From the NCBI GenBank assembly GCA_964463635.1, contig CAYXCB010000002.1:1-62260 (forward strand): a stretch of 62,260 bases of DNA, given 5' to 3'. This document shows positions 49,292 through 57,340 of the stretch, one piece after another (the stretch's first letter is position 1; every line of letters begins with the position of its first letter). The translations under genes and the position numbers were made by a program. Below the pieces are notes generated by a model that was not told the origin of the DNA, did no database searches, and saw nothing but the letters and a program-made list of their open reading frames with translations. The stretch is from an uncultured Candidatus Saccharibacteria bacterium. Lineage in GTDB: Bacteria; Patescibacteriota; Saccharimonadia; Saccharimonadales; CAZARM01.

Positions 49292-49639
49292 ATGATTTCC
49301 AAGTTCCATCGGTTTCACGGCTACGGATCGCTCCGGTTTGTTTACCGGAACGGCAAAACTGTCCGCGGGCCGCTGACAGCTATTAAGTTTACGCCCAATC
49401 CTAAGCGCAATTCCTACCGCCTGGCGGTGGTCGTCAGCAAAAAAGTCCACAAATCAGCCGTGGTCCGCAACCGGATCCGCCGCCGTCTATATGAGGCAGT
49501 CAGACAGCTTGAACCCCAGTTTAAAGCCCCATACGACATTGTTTATACGGTGTTTCACGAGCAAGTCGCCGAATTGCCGGCTGATGATCTAAAGCGTCTA
49601 GTCCAGGCTCAGCTTCGCGAAGCGGACATTATTAACTAA
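49292..49639 (+). CDS. rnpA: ribonuclease P protein component
   Basis: 115 aa, follows rpmH. ...RLAVVVSKKVHKSAVVRNRIRRRLYEAVR.... Confidence 0.88.
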   Translation: MISKFHRFHGYGSLRFVYRNGKTVRGPLTAIKFTPNPKRNSYRLAVVVSKKVHKSAVVRNRIRRRLYEAVRQLEPQFKAPYDIVYTVFHEQVAELPADDLKRLVQAQLREADIIN

Positions 49640-49695
49640 CGGATAGGTAGGCTTTAGCTTTAACAGCGGTCGCGCATGTTATCATAGAGTGAATC

Positions 49696-50607
49696 ATGTT
49701 TGAGTTATTGATTGTAAAACCGATTTTCAACCTCTTGGTGCTGATCTATGCCCTGCTGCCGAGCCATAATTTTGGCTTGGCTATTATTCTATTTACGATC
49801 GTGATCCGCTTCTTGATGTGGCCGGTAGTTAAAAAACAGCTGCACCAGACCAAAGCTATGCGGGCGCTGCAACCCGAACTCAAGCGCATCAAGGCCGCCG
49901 CCAAAGGCGATAAACAAAAACTGAACCTGATGACCATGGAGCTCTACAAAGAGCGCGGCATCAATCCTTTCGCGCCCATCGGCACCCTGATCGTCCAGCT
50001 AATCATCTTAATTGGTCTTTATTCCGGTTTGAACCGGGTTATTAAGGATCCGCAAGCTATCATCGACTTCTCTTATTCGTGGCTCAGGGGTCTGAGCTGG
50101 CTGCAAACACTCTCGTTTGACATCAATCAGTTTGACGACACATTATTTGGAGTTATTGATCTGTCTCGCAGCGCTGTTAGCAACGGTCAAATTTACTGGC
50201 CGGCCATGTTCCTAGTAGCTGGCAGCGCAGCCTCCCAGTTTTTCCAAAGCAAGCAGCTAATGCCGAAAGACCAAGACGCTCGGGGGCTCAAACAGATTCT
50301 AAAGGACGCTTCCGAAGGCAAACAAGCCGATTCTAGCGAAACCAATGCTGCTGTCGGCCGCAGCATGCAATATTTCATCCCGATCATGATCTTTGTTTTT
50401 ACAATCGGCCTGCCCTCTGCCCTGAGCTTGTACTGGTTTGTCGGCGGGGTCGTAGCCTATTGGCAGCAATCGCGGGTATTAGGCCAGGACCAAACTGAAC
50501 TTGCTACTCTAGCAAACAAAAACGGCAAAACCGTCATCGAGGGCGAAGTCATTCCGCCTAAGAAAACCAAAAAGAAAACCTCTAAATCTAAGAGGAAGAA
50601 ACGATGA
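49696..50607 (+). CDS. yidC: membrane protein insertase YidC
   Basis: 303 aa, polytopic. ...VIRFLMWPVVKKQLHQTKAMRALQPELKRIK...NPFAPIG..., Lys-rich C-terminal tail. Confidence 0.88.
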   Translation: MFELLIVKPIFNLLVLIYALLPSHNFGLAIILFTIVIRFLMWPVVKKQLHQTKAMRALQPELKRIKAAAKGDKQKLNLMTMELYKERGINPFAPIGTLIVQLIILIGLYSGLNRVIKDPQAIIDFSYSWLRGLSWLQTLSFDINQFDDTLFGVIDLSRSAVSNGQIYWPAMFLVAGSAASQFFQSKQLMPKDQDARGLKQILKDASEGKQADSSETNAAVGRSMQYFIPIMIFVFTIGLPSALSLYWFVGGVVAYWQQSRVLGQDQTELATLANKNGKTVIEGEVIPPKKTKKKTSKSKRKKR

Positions 50608-51152
50608 GTGACGAAGTCGAAGTAACCAGCATCTCAGTGGACGAGGCAATTTTGTATGCCAAAAAGTACCTAGAGGACCTGCTGTCCTTTTTTGGCCTGA
50701 ACACCGATATTTACGCCACGACCGAGGATAACGAAGTTATTGAGCTGCATGTACCCAGCACCCACCTGAACGGCTTTCTGATCGGCCAGCGTGGCGACAC
50801 TATGCGAGCCCTGCAATTTATGGTCAGTAATGCCCTGCGCAACAATGGCTTTGCGGTCACTCGGGTAAACATCGACATTGCTGACTACAAGAAGCAACGG
50901 GCCGACCGTCTCGTCAAAGTAGCCGAGGAATGGGTAGCTAAAGTCAAAGAAACCGGTGAGCCCCTACACCTCCAGCCCATGAATGCCGCCGACCGCCGGA
51001 CGGTCCACAAAATGGCCAGCGACGAAGGACTAATCACTGAGTCCGAAGGCGAAGGCCCAGACCGCCACGTCGTCCTAAAACCCGAAGCCGACAAACCAAC
51101 CAAACCAACTCCCGAAGACTCCCCTCAAGCATCTTCCGACGAATCCGAATAG
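50604..51152 (+). CDS. jag: Jag/KhpB-like RNA-binding protein (KH + R3H domains)
   Basis: 182 aa, follows yidC with a 4-nt overlap. R3H region PMNAADRRTVHKMAS. Confidence 0.8.
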   Translation: MSDEVEVTSISVDEAILYAKKYLEDLLSFFGLNTDIYATTEDNEVIELHVPSTHLNGFLIGQRGDTMRALQFMVSNALRNNGFAVTRVNIDIADYKKQRADRLVKVAEEWVAKVKETGEPLHLQPMNAADRRTVHKMASDEGLITESEGEGPDRHVVLKPEADKPTKPTPEDSPQASSDESE

Positions 51153-51168
51153 ACCAAAAATCATTCAA

Positions 51169-51204
51169 CCATCATTAGACGTCCGATCGGACTCTTAATG
51201 ATGG
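51169..51204. repeat. palindromic element P2 (CCATCATTA-GAC-GTCCGATCGGAC-TCT-TAATGATGG)
   Basis: 9-bp outer stem plus the 12-nt palindromic core, between the convergent jag and 51207..51695. Confidence 0.6.
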
Positions 51205-51206
51205 AA

Positions 51207-51695
51207 CTATTTGGGATACAGTCTAGCGCATTCAAAAACCTGGACACATTTTTTTAACCCTAGTTCCTCAATTGCTCTTACGAGCTCTTTCTTGTAATCG
51301 AAATCGCTTATCCAAACGCTCTTTTGCGCTTGGGAAAAATGCCATTCACGCAGGAGTAGTCGAAACCTGCGGCGCATCCGGGCGTTTTCTTCTGGTATAT
51401 CAAAGATGACCATAAGCCTAGCAGTACCAATAAGTTTCTTTGGCTCAAAGGGCTGCAGTTCTCTCAAACCGCTCGCCGTTATTTCTAACAGGCTATCCTC
51501 GGTTTTTATTAAGCCGTCTTTTTTAGCTTTCCGAAATGTATTTTTTAATGATTCTTGCTTGAAACCTGATTGGCGCTCCAGGTCATTAAAAAACTTATGC
51601 GGGTGGAAGCTTAGTTGAATGTTCTCGCGAGTGTAGGGGATCAGCGCTTTGAGCAATATATGCAAGGAAGACTTTGGCTTAGTGGCATTACTCAT
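51207..51695 (-). CDS. putative regulator: winged-helix-like N-terminus plus a Cas2-fold/PaaX-C-like domain
   Basis: ...LMVIFDIPEENARMRRRFRLLLREWHFSQAQKSVWISD... resembles the beta-alpha-beta-beta-alpha-beta ferredoxin motif of Cas2/PaaX C-domains. Start set at MSNATKPK; the track start (51710) lies inside P3. Confidence 0.45.
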   Translation of the reverse strand: MSNATKPKSSLHILLKALIPYTRENIQLSFHPHKFFNDLERQSGFKQESLKNTFRKAKKDGLIKTEDSLLEITASGLRELQPFEPKKLIGTARLMVIFDIPEENARMRRRFRLLLREWHFSQAQKSVWISDFDYKKELVRAIEELGLKKCVQVFECARLYPK

Positions 51696-51733
51696 CCCAT
51701 CATTATACATCCGATCGGACGTCTAGTGATGGG
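51696..51733. repeat. palindromic element P3 (CCCATCATTA...TCCGATCGGACGTC...TAGTGATGGG), an inverted copy of P2
   Basis: Same outer-stem sequence as P2. The core flank ACGTC is on the opposite side. Abuts the start of 51207..51695. Confidence 0.6.
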
Positions 51734-51758
51734 ATTAAGGACAACGTCCAGAAAGGTA

Positions 51759-51787
51759 TTGACAAACGTACACTTGTAACGTACAAT
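51759..51787 (+). promoter_or_regulatory. promoter of the Phd-RelE module
   Basis: TTGACA, 17-nt spacer containing ACGTAC twice, TACAAT. A 25-nt leader carries AGGAAA before the ATG at 51813. Confidence 0.6.
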
Positions 51788-51812
51788 CCAAATGTAAAGT
51801 TAGGAAAATATT

Positions 51813-52067
51813 ATGACAATTAAAACAATTGACGCGACAGTACTTAGAAACAACCTAAGCGATGCCATGGATGCTGTAACTAGCGGACAGGCACTGATAG
51901 TAAAAAAACGTGGCAAAGACCGCGTAGTTATGATTGATGTTGATGCTTATGAAGATTATCTAGCTGCCCAAGACCCAGAATATCTAAAAAGTATTGCTGA
52001 AGCACGAGCTGAGAAAGAGGTTTACTCGCCAGAAGAAGTTTTTGGGGAGCTTTGGAACCAGGAATAA
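51813..52067 (+). CDS. type II antitoxin, Phd/YefM family
   Basis: 84 aa. IDATVLRNNLSDAMDAVTSGQALIVKKRGKDRVVMIDVDAYEDY. Confidence 0.85.
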   Translation: MTIKTIDATVLRNNLSDAMDAVTSGQALIVKKRGKDRVVMIDVDAYEDYLAAQDPEYLKSIAEARAEKEVYSPEEVFGELWNQE

Positions 52068-52330
52068 TGGGTCAATTTAAGCTCGTCTTTAAGCCTAAAG
52101 CTAATAAAGATATACAGAAAATTGATATCGTAAGTCAGAAGCGAATAATTAAAAAGCTAAAGTTCTTTATGTCACAGAGTAACCCGCTTGATTACGCAAT
52201 CAAGCTTGCAGGCGAGGATGAGGCTAACTACAGGTGGCGCATCGGCACGTATAGGGTGGTCTTTGATGTAAATAAAGACAGCATTACCATTCTACGAGTA
52301 CAACACAGGCGAGAAGTTTACAAGAAATAG
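52067..52330 (+). CDS. type II toxin, RelE/ParE superfamily
   Basis: ATG overlaps the antitoxin stop (TAATG). ...YRWRIGTYRVVFDVNKDSITILRVQHRREVYK. Confidence 0.85.
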   Translation: MGQFKLVFKPKANKDIQKIDIVSQKRIIKKLKFFMSQSNPLDYAIKLAGEDEANYRWRIGTYRVVFDVNKDSITILRVQHRREVYKK

Positions 52331-52348
52331 CCAACTCCCATCTACTAA

Positions 52349-53500
52349 CTACTGTTTGCGAGCTGCTGCAGTGTCTAGCACTGCTTCGTAGACTTCTAGG
52401 GTTTCGTCGGCCATGCGCTTCCAAGAGAACTTTTTAGTCTGAGCGTAGCCTTTGGCCACCAGCTTCTGTCTTAGTTTATCGTCATCAATAACTTCAGCAA
52501 TCTTAGCAGCCATTTCTTCTACGTTTTCTGGATCAAAATAGTGAGCCGCATCCTCATACACCTCCGGCAAACATGTTGCATTGCTGCTTACAACTGGGCA
52601 GCCGTGAGCCATGGCTTCTAACCCTGGCAAGCCAAACCCCTCGCTGAGGCTCGGGAATACATAGGCCTTAGCATTTTGATAAAGCCACTTGAGCTCACTA
52701 TCAGGCACAAAACCCGTGAACACCACACCATTAATGTTCAGTTTATTAACCCAGCGCTCCAATTTCTTAGCATGCTGCTCCTTTTTCCCTACCAGGAATA
52801 GTTTAAGCGTCGGATGTGTTTCTTTGAGCAGTTCAAAGGCCTTAACTAAACGCCGCAGGTTTTTATGAGGAAAAGAACTGCCGACATAAAGTATGAAGTC
52901 GCTAGTTGTGTAATAGCTAGGCTGTTCGGCTTGGCCAGGGATTGGCGGTTCGCTGGCCTCCGGTGTAATGACGATTTTGCGGTTAGTAAACAAATGAAAC
53001 TTGGCCACGGCGTCGCGGACGTATTGGGTCGGTACCAGGATAACTTTGGCTTTACGGTGAGCTTGCCACATCAGCAGCTTATAACCCTTCATGCGCAGCC
53101 AGTGGGCCCACCACGGCAAACGACCTTTTCTAGCAAACTTAAACATAATCAGATCGTGGGTCATGGTGACCTGCCTACCAAAGTAAAACAACGGTTGCTG
53201 GCCAGTCATTGTGAAGTGCACCAAATCTGGCTTCAGACGGTAAAGCTGCCAGCTAAAGGCGATTTGGTTAAGCGGGTTAAAAGAAAACTGACTAAACCGA
53301 CAAGACACGGTCTTAAAGTTCTTTGCTTTTGGCTGCCAGGGGTCATCAGGCTCTAATAAGACAGTGTAATGATTCTTGGTATCCAGGGCTTGTAAGTATT
53401 CAAGCAATCGATCGATAGGCCTACCGGTACTCGCACGCCTAATTCTTGCATCAATAACAATGTGTTTTGGCTTCATCTTTCGTACAATTATAAAGTGCAA
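52349..53500 (-). CDS. glycosyltransferase, GT4 (GT-B, group 1) family
   Basis: 383 aa. C-terminal EX7E-type region FPSLSEGFGLPGLEAMAHGCPVVSS. The start may be MKPKHIV 24 nt downstream. Confidence 0.85.
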   Translation of the reverse strand: MHFIIVRKMKPKHIVIDARIRRASTGRPIDRLLEYLQALDTKNHYTVLLEPDDPWQPKAKNFKTVSCRFSQFSFNPLNQIAFSWQLYRLKPDLVHFTMTGQQPLFYFGRQVTMTHDLIMFKFARKGRLPWWAHWLRMKGYKLLMWQAHRKAKVILVPTQYVRDAVAKFHLFTNRKIVITPEASEPPIPGQAEQPSYYTTSDFILYVGSSFPHKNLRRLVKAFELLKETHPTLKLFLVGKKEQHAKKLERWVNKLNINGVVFTGFVPDSELKWLYQNAKAYVFPSLSEGFGLPGLEAMAHGCPVVSSNATCLPEVYEDAAHYFDPENVEEMAAKIAEVIDDDKLRQKLVAKGYAQTKKFSWKRMADETLEVYEAVLDTAAARKQ

Positions 53501-53595
53501 ACTATTAAACGCCTATCTCGTCCAGTTGTTCTGCTTGAGCGACGGAGTGGTTTTATTGGCGAGGAACGGAATAAGCCGTACAAAAGGTACCGCGC

Positions 53596-54945
53596 ATGAG
53601 TACCGGAGGTAAAAAACTTCTACGACGCCAAGAAGCCGGCAAACAAGTGGCTTTGCCGGTTGTTGGTTGGGCTGGCAGGGTAGCTGGCTGGATTTTCGTC
53701 GGCCTGTTGGCTTACATGCCGCTGCACATTTTCCTATCAACCTGGCTAGGTACAAGTTTCAATGTGCTGCCAGCTGCCAAGGTGGCCAAAGACGCAGTTC
53801 TAGTTATAGGTTTCCTCGGAGCTTTGACAGCTAGCCTGCGGCAGCCGTGGTTCAAACAGCTGCTGAAAGATAAGTTAATGTGGCTGATTCTAGCTTACGC
53901 GGCCTGGACCTTAATTTTGGCTGCAATAAAGTCCACTGACCTAGATGCCGAAGTGCTGGGAGTGGTTTATAACCTGCGTTTTTTGCTATTTTTCCTCTAC
54001 GGCCTACTATTAACCAAGTTGTTTGATAGAAATGCCGTAATACGCAAATCTCTAACTGCTGTTTTATCCGTGGCGGCAATCGTACTGTTCTTTGGCATAG
54101 TTCAATATACAGCTTTGCCCGACGACGCCCTAGCCCGGGTTGGTTATTCCAGGGCCAATGGTGTTCTGCCAGCCTTTTTTATCGATGATAAACCAGATCT
54201 TGAACGGGTAATGTCTACCTTGCGCGATCCTAACTCGCTGGGCTCATACATAATTATTATCGGATCAATTGCTTTAGCCTTTTTTCTAAACAAAAAAGCT
54301 TCTAAGCAAACTACAGCTGGTTTTCTGATACTTTGCGGCCTATGTCTATTATTCACGTTCTCACGCAGTGCCTGGCTAGGATTTATCCTGAGTATGGTTG
54401 CTCTTGGTATCTTGGCTTATAAAAAAGCTTCAACGACACTGCGTACCAAACAACTAGCTTTAATTGGAGTTGCAGTGTTATTGATTGGATTGCCAGCCCT
54501 GTACGTCGCCCGAGACTCTTACTTGGTTCAAAACGTAGTTTTACATGCCGACGAGACTACGACTTTAGAAAATCCGAATGAGCTGCGTGCTCGTTTTTGG
54601 CAGGAATCTGTCAACGAAGTGGTGGATGAACCACTAGGCCATGGGCCAGGCACAGCCGGGCTGGCCTCAATACGGAATAATGTCCAAGGCACGAACCTTA
54701 ATGAAAATTACTATCTGCAAATTGCCCACGAGGTAGGGTTAGTGGGGCTCGCCCTATTCCTAGCGATCATCGGATGGACTGCCTGGAAACTATTGGCTCT
54801 GCGCAAAAAACCTTTAGCCAGGGCTTTGCTAGCTAGTTTTATAGGCCTAGCATTTACCAATTTCCTAGTTCATATATGGTCCAATGAAGCCGTTGCTTAC
54901 ACCTGGTGGGGGCTGGCGGGTTTAATTATGTGGAAGCAGAAATAG
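53596..54945 (+). CDS. O-antigen ligase/polymerase-like (Wzy_C domain) polytopic membrane protein
   Basis: 449 aa, more than 10 TM helices. FTFSRSAWLGFILSMV motif region and a large periplasmic-type loop. Confidence 0.7.
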   Translation: MSTGGKKLLRRQEAGKQVALPVVGWAGRVAGWIFVGLLAYMPLHIFLSTWLGTSFNVLPAAKVAKDAVLVIGFLGALTASLRQPWFKQLLKDKLMWLILAYAAWTLILAAIKSTDLDAEVLGVVYNLRFLLFFLYGLLLTKLFDRNAVIRKSLTAVLSVAAIVLFFGIVQYTALPDDALARVGYSRANGVLPAFFIDDKPDLERVMSTLRDPNSLGSYIIIIGSIALAFFLNKKASKQTTAGFLILCGLCLLFTFSRSAWLGFILSMVALGILAYKKASTTLRTKQLALIGVAVLLIGLPALYVARDSYLVQNVVLHADETTTLENPNELRARFWQESVNEVVDEPLGHGPGTAGLASIRNNVQGTNLNENYYLQIAHEVGLVGLALFLAIIGWTAWKLLALRKKPLARALLASFIGLAFTNFLVHIWSNEAVAYTWWGLAGLIMWKQK

Positions 54946-55924
54946 TCGGAACACGCGGCGGCCGGTTTTTGTAGAGCAAACTATCAATTTGTTTAATACT
55001 GGCCCTACGGCTGCGTTGAATTTTGTGGCGGTCTTTCAATAATGAAGGCAAACTGAGTAGGACCCGCCCGAAACCACGGGCGTAAGCTAAGCCGCCGCCC
55101 TTTAGGGCGCTGGTAACTGCCAGTCTAATCATCCAAAGGCTGAATAACGGCAAGTATTTCCAAAACAGCCATCCAGGCATGTTCTTTAGATAAGTCATCA
55201 TGATGTTTTTGGTAGCGTGATAGCGGGTAAATGAGCCTAACTTCGAACTTGTGGCTGAAACATGATGAAGGGCAGTTGCCGCAGGCACATATTCTATTTC
55301 CCAGCCAACTAGGCGAGCCCGGAAGCTAATGTCATCATCCTCGTAATAAGCAAAGAACCGTTCGTCAAAAATGCCAATCTCTTGCAACATCGTTGCACGA
55401 TAAAGCGTAGCTCCTCCAGTGGCGCCAAACACACGGGTTTGGCTATCGAACTGGCCTTCGTCCTTTTGGTTGCGGCCTCTAGGAAAAGGCGCGCCCCAAA
55501 CGGAATACAGCTGTCCGGTACTATCTAGATACTGGCCGCTCATCCTTAATAATTTTCCAGTGGCTATGCCAACAACAGGATCATCTTCCAGTGCTTCTGA
55601 TAGATGTTTTAGCCAGTCTTTATCGGCTACGGCGTCATTATTGAATAAAGCTACAGTATCAGCACCACGTTCAAGAGCGTAGCGTATACCCGTATTCACG
55701 CCGCCCGAAAAACCTAAATTAACAGGATTTTTAATTAGGACAACATCAGGAAAGTCTGTCTCGATAATCTTAATAGATTGATCTGCTGAACCGTTATCAA
55801 CTACAACTATAGTCGAGGGATGCGACTGGGCCTGAAGGGAGTTTAGGCATTCGGCAATTATGTCCTCGCCGTTCCAATTGGGGACAACCACCCACGCATC
55901 GCTGCCATTTGTCATAGACTCCAT
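54926..55924 (-). CDS. glycosyltransferase, GT2 family (rhamnosyltransferase-like)
   Basis: 332 aa. VVVPNWNGEDII...VVVDNGSADQS...FNNDAV.... The 3' end overlaps the convergent 53596..54945 by 20 nt. Confidence 0.85.
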   Translation of the reverse strand: MESMTNGSDAWVVVPNWNGEDIIAECLNSLQAQSHPSTIVVVDNGSADQSIKIIETDFPDVVLIKNPVNLGFSGGVNTGIRYALERGADTVALFNNDAVADKDWLKHLSEALEDDPVVGIATGKLLRMSGQYLDSTGQLYSVWGAPFPRGRNQKDEGQFDSQTRVFGATGGATLYRATMLQEIGIFDERFFAYYEDDDISFRARLVGWEIEYVPAATALHHVSATSSKLGSFTRYHATKNIMMTYLKNMPGWLFWKYLPLFSLWMIRLAVTSALKGGGLAYARGFGRVLLSLPSLLKDRHKIQRSRRASIKQIDSLLYKNRPPRVPTISAST

Positions 55925-55998
55925 TGTATCTTAATACCAAGCCAACACTTGTTCATATCTTTAAATTCTGTTTACATAAACGATAGGTAAAAGATCTT

Positions 55999-57321
55999 TT
56001 GAAAATCTTAATTCTATCTCATAGTTCAGATATAGCCGGCGGAGAACAATCAATGCTCGGCTTATTTGATTATTGGCGAAAAACCACCGATATGGAATCA
56101 GAGTTTATCATCCGAAAGCCGCTCGGTAAATTAGCCAACGAGTTGAAAAGACGCGGGCTTAGATACCACGCTTTGTATTACACTAACTGGGCCCAGCGTA
56201 ACTCGGCTGAGGATCCCATGGATATCTACTGGTATGCTAAGCAGAATACTAAAGCTGTAGCCAAGATCGAAAAAATTATCCAAGAGATGAAGCCGGACGT
56301 GGTTATGACCAATACTCTGGTGGCTCCGTGGGCTGCAATTGCAGCCCACAATCAAAAAGTTCCTCACATCTGGTTTATCAGGGAGTTTGGCGATCTGGAC
56401 CATGGTTTTGAATTTAGAGTTGGCCGCCAGCAAACATATAAAATTATGGGTCAACTTTCTGAGTTAGTTGTGACTAACTCAAAGGCTCTTAACGAATTTG
56501 CCGCTAAATACATAGGCAAAAATAAAACAACAACTCTCTATCCTTTTTTGGATTTTAACGAAGTAGACAAACTTGCCCGGGTGAAAATCAAGCAGCCATT
56601 CAAAGAACCAGACAGCTTAAAAGTTGTTATAACTGGAAGAATTGCACCCTCCAAAGGACAGGCCGTCGTGGCGACTGCGGTGGGTGAATTGAACAAGGAA
56701 GGTATTAACTGCGAGTTATGTATAATTGGCGGCTACTCCGATAAACGCGACGACGATTCCTTGCAGACAGCTATCAATAAGTACCATATTGCCGATAAAG
56801 TGCACCTAGTTGGGTATCAATACAATCCCTTGCCGTATGTTGCCCCAGCCGATATCGGCATTATGGCTTCAGGCAAAGAGGCGTTCGGTCGAGTAACTCT
56901 GGAATACATGGCTTTAGGTAAGGCTGTAGTTGGTGCCAACTCTGGCGGTACCCCAGAACTCATCGAAACAAACGTTGACGGGTTTTTATATGATCCAAAT
57001 AATCCTAGTGAATTAATTGAAGCATTGCGCGTATACGCAAACGATAGACGGTTAATCGATAAACACGGACAAGCTGCAAAACGAAAAGCAATCTTATTAA
57101 TGGAGGGAGAATATACGCCCGATAAACTGTACGAAAAAATCGTGGGTATTCTCAGTTCGTCAAAAAATTTTAAGCCCACCACCTCCGGAACAGGCGCCTG
57201 GAACCAGTACCCCATCATGATTAATCCAGCTTCTAAAAAACCCCGCGTAAAATATTCTAAGCGGTGGCTGCGAGGAGCCACCAAGCGCTTCTTAAAAAGC
57301 CTATACGTACATTTAAAATAA
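55999..57321 (+). CDS. glycosyltransferase, GT4 family
   Basis: 440 aa with a TTG start. ...ASGKEAFGRVTLEYMALGKAVVGANSGGTPELI.... Confidence 0.8.
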   Translation: MKILILSHSSDIAGGEQSMLGLFDYWRKTTDMESEFIIRKPLGKLANELKRRGLRYHALYYTNWAQRNSAEDPMDIYWYAKQNTKAVAKIEKIIQEMKPDVVMTNTLVAPWAAIAAHNQKVPHIWFIREFGDLDHGFEFRVGRQQTYKIMGQLSELVVTNSKALNEFAAKYIGKNKTTTLYPFLDFNEVDKLARVKIKQPFKEPDSLKVVITGRIAPSKGQAVVATAVGELNKEGINCELCIIGGYSDKRDDDSLQTAINKYHIADKVHLVGYQYNPLPYVAPADIGIMASGKEAFGRVTLEYMALGKAVVGANSGGTPELIETNVDGFLYDPNNPSELIEALRVYANDRRLIDKHGQAAKRKAILLMEGEYTPDKLYEKIVGILSSSKNFKPTTSGTGAWNQYPIMINPASKKPRVKYSKRWLRGATKRFLKSLYVHLK

Positions 57322-57340
57322 ATGCGTGACGAGCCCTTGC